A DNA stretch of 64,000 nt from Raillietiella orientalis (lineage: Eukaryota), in assembly GCA_036172245.1 (NCBI GenBank), contig JAYWIR010000012.1, positions 4,278,001 to 4,342,000 of the forward strand, given 5' to 3'. Made by a program: the position numbers and the translations under genes. The stretch's first letter is position 1, and every line of letters begins with the position of its first letter. A model generated the notes under the pieces. The model ran no database searches. It was not told the origin of the DNA and saw only the letters and a list, made by a program, of their open reading frames with translations. Below, in pieces: positions 59,161-64,000 of the stretch.

Positions 59161-62100
59161 GCGGGTAGTCACTGTGAAGACGGGAGGCTCACGAAGTCAG
59201 CAGGGACGTGTGGTGCCGGCAGTGGCCGAGCGCTCGGGACTCGAGGGGGGACGGGCGCGTCTTCGCTTCCTCTGGGATGGAGGAGGGCGCCTTCGCAACA
59301 CCGCCAGCTCCCCTTGTGCGCGCGCACGTCCTCCCCCCCGGTCTTTCCAGGCGGCTCGCGCATGCGGTCCCCCTGCGCCCCGGTATCCACGCCCACCCGC
59401 GAGGGGCGCAACAAGCACTCGGCTTCTTCCCGCGAGGCGCGACGGCGAACGCATCGTCCGCCTGCCTGCCCTGCACGCGTTTGGAGCGTTCGCGTTCCTC
59501 CCGCGCGCATGCGCGCGTCGCGCCGCTCCTGGCGCGAGGAGGCTGGCTGCTCAGCAGGTGCGCACCGCTTGTCAATCATTCAACTTGTCACTTTTCGCTC
59601 ACTTAAGGATCCCGTAATCCATCTACGTCCAGGAAACCCGAGCCCGCTTCGCAAAGGTAGCGGGGGGAGGGGGCAGGGAGGCGCGCGCGCACGCGCGCTG
59701 AGACGGCGGCGCTCCTCTTCCTTGTGCCGCTCTCGCTCGAGGACGCTGCCCCGCCCCCCTCCTTGCTGGTGCGTGGGGGCTTCTTAGGGTCGCAGCAGGG
59801 GAAGAGCGAGGTGAGGTCCTGCCCGCGCGAGGAGCGGAACGTCGCGTTTTTTGCCGCCTCGGAGCGTGAAGCTCTCCTGCTCGCTGGCCGGCCGGACGGC
59901 TGGCCGTTGTTGCTAAGAGACGGCAGGGAAGGAAGGGGGGAGGGGGGAAACGCAAAAAAAAAAAAAAAGAGTCCGGATCGCAAGCGGTTTTTTTTTCGTC
60001 CCCTCTCCCCCCTCCCCGCCCTCCGCCTCGAGGGCAGAGCGAATCGGCGGCGGCGGCAGCAGCGCGGCAGCGGCGAACGGAGGAACGCATATGCGCGCGC
60101 GCGAATAGCCCGCTCTGAGCCGCCGCTTCCGCTGCTGGCTGTCGGGAAAGATCTCGCCGGCCTTGAGGGGGAGAGCGAAGGGAGGGGTAGAGGGGGAAGA
60201 AGCGGCGGAAAAAAAAGAAAAACGCAGCGGCGGCGCGGCGTATTGATTTAGGGAAGCGCTCGTTGCCGGGAGGGCGCCATGGGATCCGATTCAACCCGAT
60301 TGGTACCGAAGGCATCCGCTTACGGGCGTGCGCTCCCTCGCGTCCTTGACGAAGAGCCCCCGTCGGGATCCAGAAGCTTCCCGAGACTCCCGCTCAGAAG
60401 TAGCCGGCGGGGCGCAGCTCTCGACAGGGGCGCGAGTCCTTGACGGTCGCCAGGGAAACCGTTGCGCCACTTTTGCGTGGGGGGCACGGACGGCTTCTCC
60501 GCAGCGCCGTCCCGCCACCGAAGGAAGGAAGGCGAGGAGAAATGCGGTCGGCTCCTGCCCGCCCCCTTCCTCCCTCCCCCTCCCCTTTTCTCGCTGCCGA
60601 GCACGCGCATCCCGGCCGGGGTCGGAGCGACAGAGAAAGGCGCGGCCGGTCGCTCGTTGCCCCCGCCGAACGGCTTCGCCTCCGGCAGGGATCCGCCCTC
60701 CCGCGGTCGAAGGGCAGCGCAGAAGGGGCGGAGGAGATGCTCCCGGGCTCGGGGCCGGGTGCCTCGGGACGTCGGAGGCAGGAGGCCCCTCCCTCCTCCC
60801 CGTGTCCTCCCTCCGCGCGCCGAGGGGAGAGGGCTGCCTCGACGGGAGCCCCCTGGCAGCACTAGGGACCCGTTTCCCGGGATGCCCGATTTGTTCCCCC
60901 GCCTGCCCGGTAGAAAACCAAGTCCGGAGAGGGCACTTTCGGGATCGAAAGCGCGTGGTGAAGGCGGCATTCCCTTCGAAGACCCCCACAAGAGGGCAGC
61001 GGCGCCTCCACGGACGGACGGCCGTTCCACGACCCCCCTCTCTCCCGAGAGACGACGCTCCAGGGATGCGACGCTCCCGAAACTCTGCAAGGGAGAGAGA
61101 GAGGAAGGGAGTAGGCGGCTCTCTCCCCTTTCCTCCGGGAGTCGGGAAGGCGTCCTTGAAGGTGTGGGGCCATCGTCGTCTCAGGGACGGCCTCTCTCCG
61201 CTTCCCCAGAGAGGACGAAAGGGGAAGAAGAGAAGGGGAAAAGGAAGAAAGGAAGGAAGAAGGGTGAAAGAGGAGGAAGGGGGAGGAAGATGAAGAGAGG
61301 ACAAGAATAGGAAGAAAGGAGAAAGGATGGAGGGAGAGGTAGAAGCGAAGAGGAAAAAGCAGAGGAGGAGGAGGAAGAGGAGGAAATTAAGAGGAAGAAG
61401 AAAGAAGAATAGGAAGGGAGGAAGAGGAGGAAGGGAGGAGGAGGAGGCACCTCTGAGGCCTTGGCAGAGGTCGTCGTCGCGCGGGCGTTTTCGCTTGGCT
61501 GCCGACTTGCCGCGGCCACCGGACAAGGTCGCAGGCACTGTCTATGTCGTCGCCGTCGTCACCGTAGTTACCGACGGTCGTTCCGCTGAGGATGGTCGTC
61601 ATGGCCAGCGCCGCCATCGTTGCCTGGCCGCCGATTCTGCCTCACTCATTGCTGGGAGGAGATGAAAATCCGTCTTTAAGGTTCCTCCGTGAAGCAGCCG
61701 TAGCTGGGGAAACGGGAGGGGGGGACGCAGCAGGAGGACGGATGCGAGGGAGGTAAGGGCGAAGCGGGTGAGAGGGCGGGGCCCACGAGAAGAACATCTC
61801 GAGAAGGAGCCGCTGCCCTCTTAAGGGGAGCCGTCGGATGACGAGATGTAGCCTTTCCCATGCGCTTTCGGCCCCGCAGGTCCGTCCTCCCGTCTGGTCA
61901 TCCTGCCCTGGGAGGCGCGGTTGCCGCGGCAACGGGGAGGCAAACGGGGACCGGCGGAGGGCAGCACCGAGCTGACGCTGTTGGCAGCTCCCGGGAAGGG
62001 GGGGGGGGGAACGATGAAGGGAAGGAGCAGCTCTTCTGCAGCAGATAGATCGACCCCTCCCTTCCCCCCTCCCCTCCTGGAGAGGGGGCCCCCGAGAGGC

Positions 62101-64000
62101 CCGCTGCTCCCCTGACCCGCGTCCCTCCGGGAGGAGCTTCCAGCTTTCGGTCCATGAATCAAGGGCCGTTCTCCCAGCGACCCTTTACCTAGCGCGAGAA
62201 AGGGACTTCCGTGAGTCGTGCGGGGTGCAGGCGCCTTTTTCTTCCTCGACGCCACCTGTGGCTGCGGTGGCTCCCGGAGCTCCTACTGGAGAAGGGTTCT
62301 CGTGTTTGCTCCCACCTTCTCTCGGTCCGGCCGCCTTCATCCCCCTCACTCCCCGCCCGCGGAGGGAGCGGGGAAGCGAGGGGAGAGGAAGGAGAGCACC
62401 TGTGCCGCCTGTTCCGGGAGACTGCTACTGTGTTATCAATCCGGAGGGACGGGAGAACTGCGGAGGGCGCCGTCCCGCTGGGGCAGCTCTTCCCCCCATG
62501 CACCGCTCCTTGCCCACCGTGCGGCAGGCAGTGTCGGGTTCATAAAGTCCGATGCCCTCGCCTCCTTGGGAGATGGGGGAAAGGAAGGGACACTCCAGGG
62601 AAGAGTACCCTGCTTCCCAGGTGGATCTGAGGCGGGGAAAAATCCCCTGGGGGGAAGTTCGGGAGGGACGCAGGCCCTTTCCCTTCCCCCCCTTTCCGGT
62701 GGCTGGATTTCGGCGCCTCTCCTCCCCCCCTGCCCTCTCTTGAGGGCTGCTCTTACACCGTCTTCTCGTCCTCTTCCTCCCGGGAGGGTGCGCGCGCACG
62801 GGAGAGTGGAGGAAACGCGGCGAAAGGGAGACCAGGAGAGGTCCCGGACCCGTCCGCCGGTCCCTCCTCTTCCCGATTCCGAGCGCTTCGGGGTGGGCGG
62901 GGTGGTGGGTGCGGAGCCGAGCGAGCTCGTCAGGAGGTCCAGCGGCTTGGCCCCGGGCCTCGCGCGGCGGCGATCCGCAGCGGCAGACCCATTCCTCAGG
63001 ACATCCCTCCGGGACGTTCAGGACGTCCCCTCATCCCGCTCATTATTATCCAGGCGGCTTCCCGATCGCTTCCAGGAATCCTCACCACTGGAGACGCAGC
63101 GGCAGCGCCTTCGCTCGGTCCTGAGCCGCGCGCCTTTTTGTCGCCCACGTGCTGGCTGCGGAGCCTCCTGTTTCCCGGGGCGACGGGGCGACTCTCCACG
63201 GAGAGCCGCCTCCAGCCGACCTGCATCACTTCTTCCTCCCCATCCTCATCTCATTCCTAGCCGGTGACGGGAGAGGCGGACGCGATGACCACTTCGGCAA
63301 GCGGTGGCCCCGTAGTCGTGGCAACGGCAGCATTCGATGAGGGCGGCATCGTGTCAGCGGAGGAAGGCGTGGCGGAAGAGCGGGGGGCGGCAAGTCCTCA
63401 CGCTTGCGCGCACCCGCGGCAGCGGCGCGTGGGGAGCGATGCCAGCGCTGCGTGGCCAATCGTGTGGCAGGTGCGGCCGTGGCGAAAGGGGAAAAGCGAC
63501 TGGGCGGTGGTCGTGCGAGTCGCACCAGCGATGGCCGTGACGGTGGCGAGTGGAGAGGGCGAGGACGGAGGCAGCTCGAGGCGGCGGCGGGAGCGCGCGA
63601 CTCCTAGCAACGGGCTGCCGCGGCCGTGCGCACCGCAAGCGCCGGCCGTGGATTGCCCCGGTCGCTCCGCCTGGCCGCGCCGTCCGAATGCGGCGGCGCC
63701 TCCGGGCGCTGGGAGAAGAGCGACCGCGCGCGCTGGCCGGGTCATCGTCGCCGGAGGAGGGCGCGCGAGCGACTCGCCGTCGTGTCACCGCGTCACGCCG
63801 GGCGTGCCGACGGACGAGCGGCCGCGAGCCCACCCACTCCCCCCAGTGGCGCCATGCGAGCCCGCCGCTCGCGCCTCCTGGAGAGAGGGGGACGCGCGCA
63901 AGAAGGGTGGGGACTCCCTTCTCCTTCTCCCCCCCACTTTTCGGTTCCCCATGCACGTCCCCTCCCTGGAAGTTAGAAGGCGGCGCAGGCGTAGGTGCCT

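Noticed and set aside
61387..61617. Short ORF with acidic DDGDDID, considered as a third myc fragment
   Set aside because: No MBI, MBII or bHLH motif nearby; the similarity is only compositional.

Overview
This is eukaryotic, animal genomic DNA, probably from an arthropod-like invertebrate (inferred from the Myc motifs and the U2 variant). It is very GC- and CpG-rich, full of homopolymer and microsatellite tracts, and most ORFs in the six-frame track are spurious. Only two protein-coding genes are supportable, and both are Myc-family. They sit head-to-head about 21 kb apart. (1) A three-exon myc on the minus strand, join(19222..18754,18151..18018,17958..17566), 331 aa, with MBI core, MBII, the MBIII/acidic region and an intact bHLH-Zip, but without the LPTPPxSP phosphodegron half of MBI. 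(2) An intronless myc-like paralogue on the plus strand (40147..40860, 237 aa) that keeps MBII, the HLH and an extended perfect leucine zipper, but whose DNA-binding basic region has a triple-proline insertion and a Glu-to-Lys change. This is the best candidate for an undescribed system: a Myc linked to a predicted natural dominant-negative Myc. The rest is a graveyard of decayed mobile elements (L1/Tx1-like and other LINEs, Gypsy, Penelope-like, mariner), plus two 5' U2 snRNA fragments (one fused to a poly(A)-tailed segment), a 65-bp minisatellite and candidate enhancer blocks. All homology calls come from motif recognition by eye; no searches were run.
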